64,000 nucleotides of DNA from Octopus bimaculoides (GCF_001194135.2 NC_068985.1:104751533-104815532), one strand, 5' to 3'. Positions 1-12,278 are shown, counted from the first letter of the stretch. The notes: generated by a model not told the origin, from the sequence alone. Numbers and translations are program-made.

Positions 1-649
1 ACTACAGCATTAGAGCATTTTAGCTCTTATTTCTAGCAATGTAGGTGTTTCTAACACCCTAGTCACATTTAGTGACAGTTACACACACGCACACACACAC
101 AATCTTTTTATTTTATTCATAGCTATTGCCAGATATGATACTATTCGGTAATTTATTCAAGATTTTGTACCATTATCCTCCTTTAGATGACACCAATCTG
201 TTGCATATTTTGTTTGTAGCAGGAGTTGAATTCACCATTGCTAGCTGTCAAAACACTTGTTAGTCACTAACAGTGTTACGGTGTTCCCAATGCCTGCAAC
301 ACTGAATTGTACATTCAAATGCAATAAAAATGGGCTGGGCCTTTAAATGTTAACAACCATTTCCCACTTGTATACACCAGTGACAGGATATGAAGAGTGA
401 ATTGTTCCGTTAACAGGCAGCAGCAATTTTTGAGTCTCCAATGGGTAAATCTTTTTTTTACATATATGCTCCATTGTTTTTAAAATAATAATTACCACAT
501 TTGATTGCATACAAGATGCAATTTTTTTTCAAAAACAAATCTCAAAAAAACAACCCCAGATCTTATATGCTAAGTTAGGCCTTCCAATAAGCTCACTATT
601 ATAGGCTAATTTTAATCCAGATGTCTCTTCTACTAATCCTAACTCCATA

Positions 650-881
650 ATAATAATAATAATAATCCTTTCTACTAAAAGCACAAGGCCTGAATTTTGA
701 GGGGAGGAGACCAGTTGATTTCCTCAATCCCAATGTTTCACTGGTACTTAATTTATCAACCCCAAAAGGATGAAAAGCAAAGTCAACCTCAGCAGAATTC
801 GAACTCAGAACATAAGGACGGACAATATGCCACTAAGCATTTTGCCCAGCATGCAAACGACTCTGCCAACTTGCCACCTTA
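650..881 (-). mobile_element. tRNA-derived SINE with Nin/Deu-like central domain (family A)
   Basis: Minus strand reads AAGGTGGCAAGTTGGCAGAGTCGTTT...TGAGTTCGAATTC...CTTTTCATCCTTTTGGGGTTGATAAATTAAGTACC...CAGGCCTTGTGC, then an (ATT)n tail. AACTCCATA is directly repeated on both sides (641-649, 882-890). Confidence 0.85.
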
Positions 882-2973
882 AACTCCATACTAATAATTA
901 TTTTTATTTAAAATTAGCTAAGGTACTTTTTGTAATGTGCTGCTCAATTGCCTTAGATATTGCATTAAAAAACTCTTTTTTTTTTCCAAATATGCGTTGC
1001 TGCAAATAAGGTGTGTCCAATATCCTTTGTGTGTGTAATATACTCATGCATCTTCTATGCCATCAAATACTGTAGCTATTATAAAAATATTATTGTAAAC
1101 AATTAAAACTTTTGAACCAATAATTTTGAGTAGAATGCATGTAATTATTTCTTACGTAAGCTTTTATTGTTTATAATAAGATATTTGTTAAAGAAATACT
1201 CCTTCAACACGACTTCCTTCTACTTCCTTTTTATATTAACTGAAGACTTTTTTAACTAAACAGCCAACGTGTCAATTATTTATACTGCTAATATACTGTA
1301 TTTTTGCATAGATTACAGTGATAAACAGGCCTTAAAAAAGAATCTCGAGATTAAATTAAGAAAAATAAGGAAAAGGAGAAAGTTTCCTACAGATAATAAC
1401 AAATTTAAATTAGTGTTCAGTTGAAACTTAACGAATATAAACTTTCACTTTCACGGAACATTCTTTAATGATGCAGTTTAAAAAGCAGGCAGATAATCTA
1501 ATAACTTTTCTATTTTATGAACATTAAGTATGAAAATATTAATCTTATACTACCTAGAACAAATCCAGAATAAGAAGAAGGATATTGTTAACTTAAATAC
1601 TGGTGCAAAATTTAATCACTTCTTAAGAGTTGAAAGTCAACAAGAGGGGACAATGAACCCCAAACCAAGAAAGACTAAACTAATTATGATGAACAGGTTA
1701 AGTACAGCCTCCAAGTGTTTTGTTGGTAATGACACTACATGCAAAGAAAAGCTATCAACCCTAAAATAGTAAATTTTTTCCGATTCTAAAATATCAATGC
1801 AATGCAACCACACTGCATTTGATGAGCGCAACATATCTGTACGGTAATATCAACCCATATATATTTCTAATAAAAATTTCAATTTAAACATGTTTATTAT
1901 TGATTTGTAATGTACATACCTTTTTTTTTCCTTTTAAATATATCCATTACAGTCTTAGAATATTAACAAATAAAAAGATACTTAAATGCGTTTCAGCATG
2001 TTCGGTGATATTTAGAAAACCAAGTACTTTTTACTTTAGAATAAATGTTTATTGTAGACAAAAGGTGATACTTCACATTACCTAGTTATATTCGGAGATA
2101 ACAATAAGTCAAATATTATGACGTATAATAACAACATGAAAGGTGTCTATTCAATAAGCAGTTGTAGGTCACCTTAAATTTCACTCATGCTTTAAAGCAT
2201 AAATTAATACTCCAAAACTGAAGAGAGAAAAAAATCCTGTTGGATATAAACAGCAGTCAGCAACAGACTAACCACTACAACAAGCTTTGTGTCTGTAACC
2301 AGTAGTTACAAGGTAATTCCTGTTACTCTAGAGCCAATTCAGCCTTTCATATTACAGATGATGAAAATTGATTAGAGCTGAGAGTATAGATTTCCTCAGG
2401 AAACCAAGGGAGCTATTCTAAAACTATATTTCTTTCTTTGATGTAGACTCTATTCACAACAGATTTAATTTAAAGGAGCAGTTTGTGGATTTGGAACAGC
2501 TTTAAATTCTGAAAGTTTTCTAATGATAGTAAATGGGAACATGCCAATGTTTTATGCCAATTAACTCACATCTCACCGGCTTATAGACCTCTGCTTCTAT
2601 CTTTCTATATAGCCAAACATGGTATATGTACCTCACATATATGCATAAACATAAACATAAATTACACTCTCATCAGCTTGTGTCACTAATTAAACTATTC
2701 TCATGCCAACTGTAGTGTTCAAGTACTTTGTTAAGCTACAAAGTAAAAGAACAGGACCAAGAGTAAATATACTTAAAATATATACTCAGTAATTTCCTAG
2801 ACTTATGTTTCTTGTGTTTTTTATTAGCACTTAGTTTCTGTTTTCATTTAAAGCCAAAGTTAATAATTATGGATACAAAAACACTTCAGAGTGATAAGAC
2901 TGCCAAAAAAAGTATGTAGCCTGCTCTATGTATTACGACAGAGAGAAATTACTAAAGCATCAAGGCAAAGATG

Positions 2974-3704
2974 GGATCTTTGTGGTTTGAGTCATTGCAT
3001 GTTGAAATCTTTAAATAAAATTTTTAATGTAGCATATAGATGTAATTTGTGACATTGAATCTGAATTTGTTATTCAATTATTCCAGAAAAATTTTGCAAA
3101 AATGTTACAGGTGTTCAAAGTTTGATAATTTTCAGAATTTTCAGCCAATCGGAAAACAGCGTGTTTGCTGCCTCTTCCATCATCTGTCACAGTAGCAAGA
3201 AGAATGGGGTGGAGGGTGTCAGCATGTTTTATTTTTCCATGGGATGTCCTTTCTTACAAATCTTCTTTTCTGGTATTATTCCTTTCTCTTGGAAGAAATA
3301 TGCTGCATCCTCTTCTGTCTTTACTTTTTCCATCAAACAGGAAAGGTTTAAAGTTGTAGCCATCTCATCACTGATCTAAAATCTCTATACCATTCTCAAA
3401 TCGAATTCCTACTGTTACGGAAACAAACAATTATAGAACATGTGGTGCTTACACTCCTTGGTTACTATGGAAACAGAGTTCTTACTATGCTAACAGAATT
3501 TCACAGTGATGTGTAAAATACTCGCTTCTGATAGGCTAAAATACCCAAATTTTGCAAACTTTAAAGGCTAATAACTTTTTGATTATAGATTTATAGGAAC
3601 AATGATTTTCATTTTCATAATTAGTATACAAAACTTAATCCATATACCAAATTTGAAAACAATTGGAACCAAATTGGAGACAGTGATTCAAACCACAAAG
3701 ATCC
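2974..3704 (-). mobile_element. Merlin (IS1016/ISXO2-like) DNA transposon deletion derivative
   Basis: 24-bp TIRs GGATCTTTGTGGTTTGAGTCATTG with 2 mismatches. Perfect 8-bp TSD CAAAGATG at 2966-2973 and 3705-3712. Minus-strand 44-aa ORF at 3229-3363 (MATTLNLSCLMEKVKTEEDAAYFFQEKGIIPEKKICKKGHPMEK) resembles animal ISXO2-like transposase N-termini. Confidence 0.8.
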
Positions 3705-3994
3705 CAAAGATGCACTAGTGGAGGTTTGTGTTTGTGTAATGACTTGATTGCATTGACTCATTAATAAATCACAAATGACATGACAGCTGTAGAATTATAC
3801 AAAATATTACCTGAATTGATCTAACAGTGTTAAAATAAAAAAAAAATAGACCTTTTCAATTGTTCTCTTATTTAATCCCTAAGAAGTTTTACTATGAGTA
3901 GATAAGAATTTTCTTTTTCCATTGTATAATTTTTGATGGAGTTCATTTTCAGTGTGTGTATGTATGGTTTGCTCTGGCACAACTATCTTTATCT

Positions 3995-4212
3995 TCTTCC
4001 CAGCTACCTCTACTCAAACAATGCAAGGTACCCATGTTATCTTCTCTATAGCAAGACACCTGTCCTTGTACTTCTATGGTACTTTAGCCTCTCAACAACT
4101 GTCATAAAGCTACCTCTCTCTCTCTCTCAAATACTGACACTCTTAACCAAGTTCATTTCCTGTCTTGCAAGTTACTTACCTCACTGATGCCAGTGGCATG
4201 AAAAAAAGCATC
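3995..4212 (+). mobile_element. RTE LINE 3' UTR fragment (diverged subfamily), tail deleted
   Basis: Similar to 18830-19203 (TGTCTTGCAAGTTA...AAAAAAGCA). It stops abruptly where the opposite-strand RTE copy begins. Confidence 0.55.
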
Positions 4213-4932
4213 CAATCTGATCTGGCAAAGTTTCTACAGCTGGATGCCCTTCCTAATGCCAACCACTCCGAGAGTGTAGTGGGTGCTTTTACATGCCACT
4301 GGCATGAAGGCCAGTCGGGTGGTTCTGGCAACGACCACGCTCAAAAGGTGTTTTTTACATCCTACCTGCACAGGAGCCAGTCCAGCGACACTGGCAACGA
4401 CCACGCTCGAATGTTGTTTTTCATGTGCCACTGGCACATTTGCTGGTAAGGTGACGCTGGCAACAATCATGCTCAAATGGGTCTTTTCATGTGTCACCAG
4501 TATGGGAGCCAATCTGAGGCCCTGGGAACGATCACGCTCGGATGTGCTTTTAACGTTCCACTGGCACAAGTACCAATCAGGTGGTACTGTTATCGGCCAC
4601 GTCAGCGACTTTGATTTGTTTACACTTGCCTCAATAGGTCTTCGTAAGCAAAGTTCATTATCCAATGAATGAGGGGTACTCATAAGTGGGCCAGTTACAC
4701 TCCATGTTCGGATGTGCATTTAACGTACCACTGGCATAATCAGGCAGTATTGTCATCAGCCACGTCAGCCATTTTGATTTTGATTTCACTTGCCGCAATA
4801 GGTCTTCGCATGCAAAGTTTATTGTCCAATGAATGAGGGATATTCATAAGTTGGCTGGTTACACCCACTGGCATAAGCCAAGGGCCATGGTCTCACTTTG
4901 CTTGCCGGGTCTTCTCAAGCACAGCATATCTT
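4213..4932 (-). mobile_element. 5'-truncated RTE LINE: end of ORF2 plus repeat-containing 3' UTR
   Basis: Minus strand RYAVLEKTRQAK* (stop at 4893-4895). A 3' UTR follows with ~60-bp tandem subunits and the family motif GTGGTT(T)GGCATTAGGAAGGGCATCCAGCTGTAGAAAC. Confidence 0.8.
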
Positions 4933-4974
4933 ATCTTAAAGACCAAATACGAAAAAGAAACCATTAACAAGATA

Positions 4975-5190
4975 TTTTATCTTTATATTTTACTTGTTTC
5001 AGTCATTAGACTGAGGCCATGCTGGGGCACTATCTAGAAGGGTTTTACTCAAATACTTATTCCTTTAAGTCTGATACTCATTTCTATTGCTCTCTCTCTC
5101 AACCACTAAGTTATAGGGATATAACAAACCAGCACCAGTTGTCAAGCAGTGGGAGACAAACACAGATGAAACACACACACACAAATTATA
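4975..5190 (-). mobile_element. CORE-like tRNA SINE (family B), 3' half
   Basis: Matches the 3' part of the copies at 20788-21010 and 61803-62133 (CCCCAGCATGGCC...CAGTC...TGACTGAAACAAGTAAAA). Confidence 0.7.
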
Positions 5191-5212
5191 TATATATATA
5201 TATATATATATA

Positions 5213-5375
5213 CTACACTCTCTGAGTGGTTGGCGTTAGGAAGGGCATCCAGCTGTAGAAACTCTGCCAAATCAGACTGGAGCCTGGTGTTGCCATCCGG
5301 TTTCACCAGTCCTCAGTCAAATCGTCCAACCCATGCTAGCATGGAAAGCGGACGTTAAACGATGATGATGATGAT
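5213..5375 (+). mobile_element. RTE LINE 3' tail
   Basis: GAGTGGTTGGCGTTAGGAAGGGCATCCAGCTGTAGAAAC...GCATGGAAAGCGGACGTTAAAC followed by a (GAT)n tail. Confidence 0.85.
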
Positions 5376-5508
5376 NNNNNNNNNNNNNNNNNNNNNNNNN
5401 NNNNNNNNNNNNNNNNNNNNNNNNNNNNNNNNNNNNNNNNNNNNNNNNNNNNNNNNNNNNNNNNNNNNNNNNNNNNNNNNNNNNNNNNNNNNNNNNNNNN
5501 NNNNNNNN

Positions 5509-5867
5509 AAGAAAGAAAATGGAGATAAGGAAGTCAATAATTGCTTATTATTAACAAATTGATCATCTTCGCTTCTGACAGCCATTTCAATTAATATTCA
5601 ATAATCTAATTACAAATTTGTACATTAAATTTACATTCATCAGAGAAAAAAAAGATGTACCTTTGGATGTTATATGTGGACCTATCAATTCATTTCAGCA
5701 TTTTTTTCACTGATGAAATTATACTCATGTCACATAAATGTAAATTTAATGTACAAATTTGTAATTAAATTACTCAGTCTTAATTGAAATGGCTGTAAGA
5801 AGTGAAGATGACCAATTCGTTAATAATAAACAATTATTAACTTCCTTATCTCCATTTTCTTTTCTTT
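5509..5867. repeat. Long inverted repeat (foldback/MITE-like), ~130-bp arms
   Basis: 5509-5636 is the reverse complement of about 5737-5867 (e.g. AATTACAAATTTGTACATTAAATTTACATT / AATGTAAATTTAATGTACAAATTTGTAATT). The left end abuts an N gap. Confidence 0.8.
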
Positions 5868-6069
5868 TAAATGGCTATAAAGTACATGCTTAATATACAC
5901 CTATTGTTTTAAGGTAATTTCATTCGCCCAAAATACAAAATATTGAACCAGTATTTCCTTGGATGTAACCATCCCTTCATGAGGTTAACATATCCTCTAA
6001 TTAAATATATATTTATATATATATATGAATTCAATTTGAGAATGAACTTGTATTTTGCTTTATAAAACT

Positions 6070-6483
6070 TATCCACAGGTATTGGATATCAGATGCAGTT
6101 TCATAGTGAAAATTGAAGGTTCATCCAAAAATCCATGAATATCCATAGATCTTCTGGTTGCAGATCTTCCAGAACGTTTGCCAATATTGACATTTTTTCG
6201 GCCATCTTAGAAACGTCTTAACCACTCATACACTTTCTGCAACTTTGCACAGGCTTCTGAGCAGATAGTGCCACGACAACTTTCTCTGTCATGGTCATTG
6301 TGATGATCACACGCTACACACCTTCCTTCCAAGCACTGCTGAAAACAGTGGAAGTGAGCTAGAACATTAAAACTTAGTGTGCAATCACAGCAGAGTTCGA
6401 AGTCAATCTTTACCAAGCAGCTTCACTCTGCATACTTTAGCTTCGTTACTATAACAGTCCAGATACTTATTGATCAGACCTTG
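6070..6483 (-). mobile_element. Degraded mariner element, 5' TIR and transposase N-terminus
   Basis: TA-CAAGGTCTGATCAATAAGTATCTGGACT terminus. Translation EACAKLQKVYEWLRRF*DGRKNVNIGKRSGRS matches the mariner HTH/linker region. Confidence 0.7.
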
Positions 6484-6520
6484 TATATATATATATATAT
6501 NNNNNNNNNNNNNNNNNNNN

Positions 6521-6850
6521 GTTTGATGTTTGCTTTCCATGCTAGCATGGGTTGGACGATTTGACTGAGGACTGGCAAGCAAGAAGGCTGCACCAGGCTC
6601 CAATCTGATCTGGCAGAGTTTCTACAGCTGGATGCCCTTCCTAACACCAACCACTCCGAGAGTGTAGTGGGTGCTTTTACGTGCCACCAGCACGAGGGCC
6701 AGTCACACGGTACTGGCAACGACCTCGCTCAAATGATTTTCTAACGTGCCACCAGCACAAGTGCTAGAAGGCGACTCTGGTAACGATTACGCTCAAATGG
6801 TGCTATTTACGGGCCACTAGCACAGTAGCCAGACAGCTGCTCTGGCAATG
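6521..6850 (-). mobile_element. RTE LINE 3' UTR/tail
   Basis: Reverse complement of the 5213-5375 tail, plus ~60-bp UTR subunits. Confidence 0.8.
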
Positions 6851-6985
6851 TTTCTGCCTACTAAATTCAGTTACAAAGTATTGGTTGGCCTGGGGCTGTA
6901 GTTGAAGACACGTGCCCAAGGTGCTGCACAATGGGACTGAACCCATATGGTTGCAAAGCAAGCTTCTTAACCACACAGCCATGCA
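6851..6985 (-). mobile_element. CORE-like SINE (family B), head fragment
   Basis: Minus strand CATGGCTGTGTGGTTAAGAAGCTTGC...GGGTTCAGTCCCATTGTGCAGCACCTTGGGCACGTGTCTTC. Confidence 0.7.
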
Positions 6986-8034
6986 TGTGCCTTTTCTATT
7001 ACTTCTTTCATTGTATACATTTATGTATAATCCACTAAATTCAAGAACAAAATACTTTTCTGATAAATCTTAAGTTCCAAAGATACCAAGTAAATGATCT
7101 CATAAATTTAATCTGTCAATGCACTTGTCATGGTGACAGTCTTCTACTGACAAATGCTTGACAGAATACCAACTACTTATTCCTCTGCAAACTATGATCT
7201 AACTACCAACTCTTAGCACATAATTCATGACAATTTTAACCTCCCTTTCACTTCATTTTAATAACTCCGTACTATAGCTTGAAACTACAACTATTCGATA
7301 CACCAAACACCATATGATAAAGGGGAAATAATGCTATTTCCCTATAGTTTCTACTATACCCAAGTACTTGGTGTCATTTCCTCTATCAAAAGGATCTTGC
7401 CTGAAACACCAAATGTCAACAATGAAATGAAATACAGTATTCCACTTTGAGAACTTATTATAAATGGGTTGCATGTACCATTGATTTATTTACCAATATG
7501 CTTTGCAAAGGGCCTTACAGCATTAGAATACCTACTGATACTCCTATAAATTAGACAAAGTGTAGTGACTGTAACAGCTGTTGGCACTATTGATAGCAGA
7601 GGGAGCGATTTTAATGAAAACTAATATTCACTTCTAGCAATAACATTCAAACGTATTATATGAAACAGCTGTTTCCATAACCTGTAAAGACATCCCTTTC
7701 AAAAGCATAAGTGGAAGTCAGAGAACATTTTGTTGTGCAGGTGGTTCATAAAATATGATAGGAAGTCAAAGGGTTTCAATGGTATGTGCTTTAGATATGA
7801 AAAGATTGGCATTATTCTATTTTTTAAATATTTCATTACACACAAGCAGTGAGAATAGTAAACAATTAACTCAACTACTCAATTAACTATCATAAAATAT
7901 ATTTGCAAAACAAAAAGTTTGAAATGATATTTATCGAATACATTATTTCTCAAGATGGTAGTCCAGTGTAGTCATTTTGGTGTACTCATTTCAACTTTTT
8001 GCTCAATATTCAATTTCTGTACACCACACCTAAC

Positions 8035-8330
8035 ACTCTATACATACACACATATATATACACACACACACACACGCACACAAAAACATGTCTATACAAA
8101 CACACACATAAATACACACACACACACGCACACAAAAATATGTCTATACAAACACACATATAAATACACACACATTCATACATTCGCTGACACACATGCA
8201 CGCAAACACATTTATATACATATTTACAAACATGAACATACACATATATAAGCATTATACATATATATGCACATTTATACACAAACATATGTATATATAT
8301 ATATGATAATATATACATATATAACAATAT
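8035..8330. repeat. Degenerate (CA)/(TA) microsatellite
   Basis: Visible dinucleotide low-complexity tract. Confidence 0.9.
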
Positions 8331-9129
8331 TCGTTTCAACACATGGTTCCACATTAGGAATTATGCAACACAATCTGTTGAAACAGATATTGTTATATTT
8401 TGGGATGGCCAAATTTTTTTTTTTTTTCCTAGCCAAATAAACACACCCAATATATATTCATTCTTCACTCATTTATTACTGTTCTTATTTTAACTGATGT
8501 CCATTGTCTGGAAATTTTTCATCGCACATCTGTGACCTCTTCAGCGATCCTTTCTGACCTCATGTATCTTCCTGTTCCACTTATATGTATATATGTACAC
8601 ATATACATCCATAAATGCAGGATATATATATATAGAGAAGATTGATCCTCTACAGCTTATAGTTTTCTCTTTAGTTTCTTGGTTTTATACAAGCACAACT
8701 GTGTGATATTGGACTACATGTTAAATCACTTAACCCCTTTAATTGCTAACTGTTATTCTCAATACTTATTGATGAGTCCTTTACTTGTGTGGTGTATCCT
8801 ACTCTTGTACTTCCCTACTCCAACATTCCTTTTTTTTTTATTCTTAATTTTGTGACTTTACCCTATATTCCTGCTCCTCTGCCCTCAAGCACCTGAGCCC
8901 TTCATGTGCTTTGTGAATGTCTGGGAGTATAGCTAGTTAACACATAACCCCTTGCAACTTCTGACTGGACTGCACACCAAGTTCCTCATTTATGGATTCC
9001 TAGTTCATTTGGTTAAGTCCCAACATTTCATTTCCATTTCTTCCAGTTAGTAGTGGCAACCAGTGGGATGTAAGACATTTTAACTTCATCACAATATAGT
9101 TTTGGTATTCTTATTATTCTTATAAAGAC

Positions 9130-9520
9130 AGCAAGCTGGTGGAATTGATTATAAGTTGGACACAATGCTTTGTAGCATTTATCTCAATTCTATGTTTCAA
9201 GTTCAAATTCTGCCACGGTCAACTTTGCCTTCTGTCCTTTGAGGGCCAATAAAATAAGTACTAGTTGAGCCTTTTGTCAATATAATTGACTGCTTCCACC
9301 TCTAGATTTGCTAGCCTTGTGCCAAAATTTGAAACTATTATTAAAAAGGTGGCAAACTTGCAGAATCATTAGCCTGTCAGGTAGCTCTACGTTCCGAGTT
9401 CAAATTCCACTAAGGCCAACTCTGCCTTTCATCTTTCCCAGATTGATGAAATAAGTACCAAGTGCATACTGGGGTTGATATAATCGACTTACCCCATCCC
9501 CCAAAATTTCAGGCTTGCTT
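9130..9520 (+). mobile_element. Two adjacent diverged family A (Nin/Deu-like) SINEs
   Basis: The motif TTCAAATTC...GGTCAACTTTGCCTT...AATAAAATAAGTAC occurs twice (about 9130-9335 and 9345-9520). Confidence 0.7.
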
Positions 9521-9815
9521 ATTTGTATGTTTCCTGGTGGAGAGGTGAAAATACTTTTGAAATGTTTGAATATTTTGCTTATCCTCATGAGAAATTTTCT
9601 TCAAACTGTCCCTATCTTGTGGCNNNNNNNNNNNNNNNNNNNNNNNNNNNNNNNNNNNNNNNNNNNNNNNNNNNNNNNNNNNNNNNNNNNNNNNNNNNNN
9701 NNNNNNNNNNNNNNNNNNNNNNNNNNNNNNNNNNNNNNNNNNNNNNNNNNNNNNNNNNNNNNNNNNNNNNNNNNNNNNNNNNNNNNNNNNNNNNNNNNNN
9801 NNNNNNNNNNNNNNT

Positions 9816-9846
<31 letters not shown>

Positions 9847-9852
9847 CGTATG

Positions 9853-9884
<32 letters not shown>

Positions 9885-9890
9885 GATACA

Positions 9891-10107
9891 TGAGCGGGAG
9901 CTGAAAAGTTCCTGGCTTTAAGGGTATCACGAAAGGCCTGGTTGGAGGCTCAAATTTCTGAGTTCTTTTACAGGGCTTAGAAAAACTGATGGACTGCTGC
10001 AATAAGTGTGTGAATCCGAGAAGGGAATATGTTCAATGAAATCATAATTAACTGATCCTCTTGTATTTTCTTTTAGCCAAAGCCAGGAACTTTTCAGCAC
10101 CTCCTCA
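9891..10107 (+). mobile_element. Mariner-derived MITE
   Basis: ~28-bp TIRs TGAGCGGGAGCTGAAAAGTTCCTGGCTTT / AAAGCCAGGAACTTTTCAGCACCTCCTCA. The interior GLEKLMDCCNKCVNPRREYVQ* matches a mariner transposase C-terminus. Confidence 0.8.
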
Positions 10108-10372
10108 CACACACATACATACATGTTGGAGACATGGTTGTTGGTAAATATCAGTATGGGTGAGGAAGTAAAAAAAATTAAAATGATGCAGTAAGGAGCA
10201 GGTGATAAGTGGAAGTGCAGGAATGATGGTGGGTGACAGTGTAATTAACCTGTAGATAGATCAGAAAATAGGGAGACAGCTTTCTACACAAATACATACA
10301 CATGAGGAAAAGAGCATAAACCAAAACACTTTCATTAACAAAAACAAAACTTAAAATTAAACCTGAACATGA

Positions 10373-10410
<38 letters not shown>

Positions 10411-11639
10411 TACGAGGCACCCACCATATCTGACATACCCAACTTTTCCGAACCTGTGCACATGTATGCACAACACACCACTGAAGAGTTGATTAATAAT
10501 CACTGAACTCATGAAATATATGAGCTCTCCAGAAGCCTTTTTTGCTACTAATATATGTAAATATATACAAAAATGTCTCTTAAAACAAGTTAAAAACTAT
10601 CCTCTTAAAAGATATTGTAGAAATTCTGATAGCTACTTGAAACACACATGTACAGACGTTTTGCTCTATTTTGTGAAAAAAGTACTGTATCAATTTTTTT
10701 TTCTTTTATGTTTTGGTCAGGAGAGACGGTAATGCCCGGGACTTGCCATAGGGTCTCCAAACCTGGTGGGAGGAAGGGAAGTATCCTTGAACTAGAAACT
10801 TGAACCGAATACCTGAAACCAAGTGAGCTCTGCTAAAGGCACCCAAGGTGTTTGTTGGCAGTGTTAAGCTGGAGAATCAGCCAGGGCAGGATTTGAACTC
10901 AGAATGCAAAGAGACAACAAATACTATAAGGCAGTTTGTCAGACTTTTTATAATTCTGCCAATCTATCACCTTGGATTGGTACCTTTTTATCAACCTTTG
11001 AAAGACCTGAGGCAGAGATGACCCCCCATCAGGATTTGAACTCGGAGTGTAGAGAGTTAGAACAAGTGTCATGGAGCACTCTGCTTGATGGCGTAACTAC
11101 ACCACCAACCTGCTGCCTATACTAAAAAAGTGTTGAAAAGTTTCATCAAATATCTCTGACCTAATTACTAACAAATTTATTACAAAATTAAACAAAGGTG
11201 AACGTGGCATGTATACTTTAAAGACTATCCAAGGCCCTTCCCAGATATAATTAACTTCTATCATATGACTGCAGATCAAGTCAGACACCAAACAAGTATG
11301 ACTTCGAAATATATATTTGGTTCTATATTCATATACAATGACAACTTTACATTTACTGCTCAGAGCATTCAACAGATCAGACAGAATAGCTTCACTGAAG
11401 TGTAAAAATTGGAGGCATAGCTATATGGTATAGACAAGTACAGATATAAGGATGTGGTTAAGAAATTCATTATGCAATTAGATGGTGCCAGGTTTGCTCT
11501 CAGTGAACAGTACATATGGCAACTGTTTTCTGTTATGTCTTCAGTTATACTTGTATCTTCTGAATGGAATTTGGCAAATAAATGGGACAGAAACCTACTG
11601 TAACTGTGCATATATATTTATCTCTCTCTCTCTCTCCCA

Positions 11640-11800
11640 GCGTGCATGTGAAGTACATGGCCTAGTAGTTAGGCTGTTGCACTCATGGTCACAAGATTGT
11701 GGTCTTGATTTCTGAACCAGTAGTGCATAGTATTCTTGAGCAAAGCACTTCATTACACATTGCTCTAGTCCACTCTCATTTGTAAACAGGCAACCCTGCA
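11640..11800 (+). mobile_element. tRNA-derived SINE fragment (family related to 57105-57290)
   Basis: Head ATGGCCTAGTAGTTAGGCTGTTGCACTC and body TTCTTGAGCAAAGCACTTCATTACACATTGCTC, shared with 57105-57290. Confidence 0.65.
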
Positions 11801-11849
11801 ATGGATTGTATGTTTTTATGCAAGGCTATATATAAAAACAAGTTAGCAT

Positions 11850-12165
11850 AGTACTTATTCTATCAGTCTCTTTTTGCCGAACCGCTAAGTGATGGGGACA
11901 TAAACACACCAGCATCGGTTGTCAAGCGATGTTGGGNNNNNNNNNNNNNNNNNNNNNNNNNNNNNNNNNNNNNNNNNNNNNNNNNNNNNNNNNNNNNNNN
12001 NNNNNNNNNNNNNNNNNNNNCTTCTTTCAGTTTCCGTCTACCAAATCCACTCACAAGGCTTTGGTCGGCCCGAGGCTATAGTAGAAGACACTTGCACAAG
12101 GTGCCACGCAGTGGGACTGAACCCAGAACCATGTGGTTGGTAAGCAAGCTATTTACCACACAGCA
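11850..12165 (-). mobile_element. CORE-like SINE (family B) with an N gap at its internal microsatellite
   Basis: Minus strand GCTGTGTGGTAAATAGCTTGCTTACCAACCACATGGTTCTGGGTTCAGTCCCACTGCGTGGCACCTTGTGCAAGTGTCTTCTAC. Confidence 0.85.
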
Positions 12166-12236
12166 GGAAAAGGTTGATAGTGTCTGGTGATAGCAAGCAA
12201 GCCACAATTTCAAAGTCCCTGTTAACCTTTTCCTAT

Positions 12237-12278
<42 letters not shown>

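Noticed and set aside
1637-1836. Next coding exon of the minus gene (DMLRSSNAVW...LGFIVPSC*)
   Set aside because: The phase fits, but the acceptor lacks a polypyrimidine tract, no donor is evident, and the hydrophobic tail is what AT-rich DNA gives by chance. Not supportable without RNA data.
3229-3375. Fusion of host exon 14167-14404 to the Merlin transposase remnant via the acceptor TTTTAG|ATCAG
   Set aside because: Phase-1 splicing gives GAT CAG TGA, an immediate stop, so no fusion protein results.
4234-4719. 129-161 aa ORFs on both strands
   Set aside because: They lie in the GC-rich tandem 3' UTR of an RTE LINE, downstream of the ORF2 stop.
6207-6416. Cys/His-rich ORF suggesting a zinc finger
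   Set aside because: It overlaps a degraded mariner 5' end, and the recognisable part is transposase HTH sequence.
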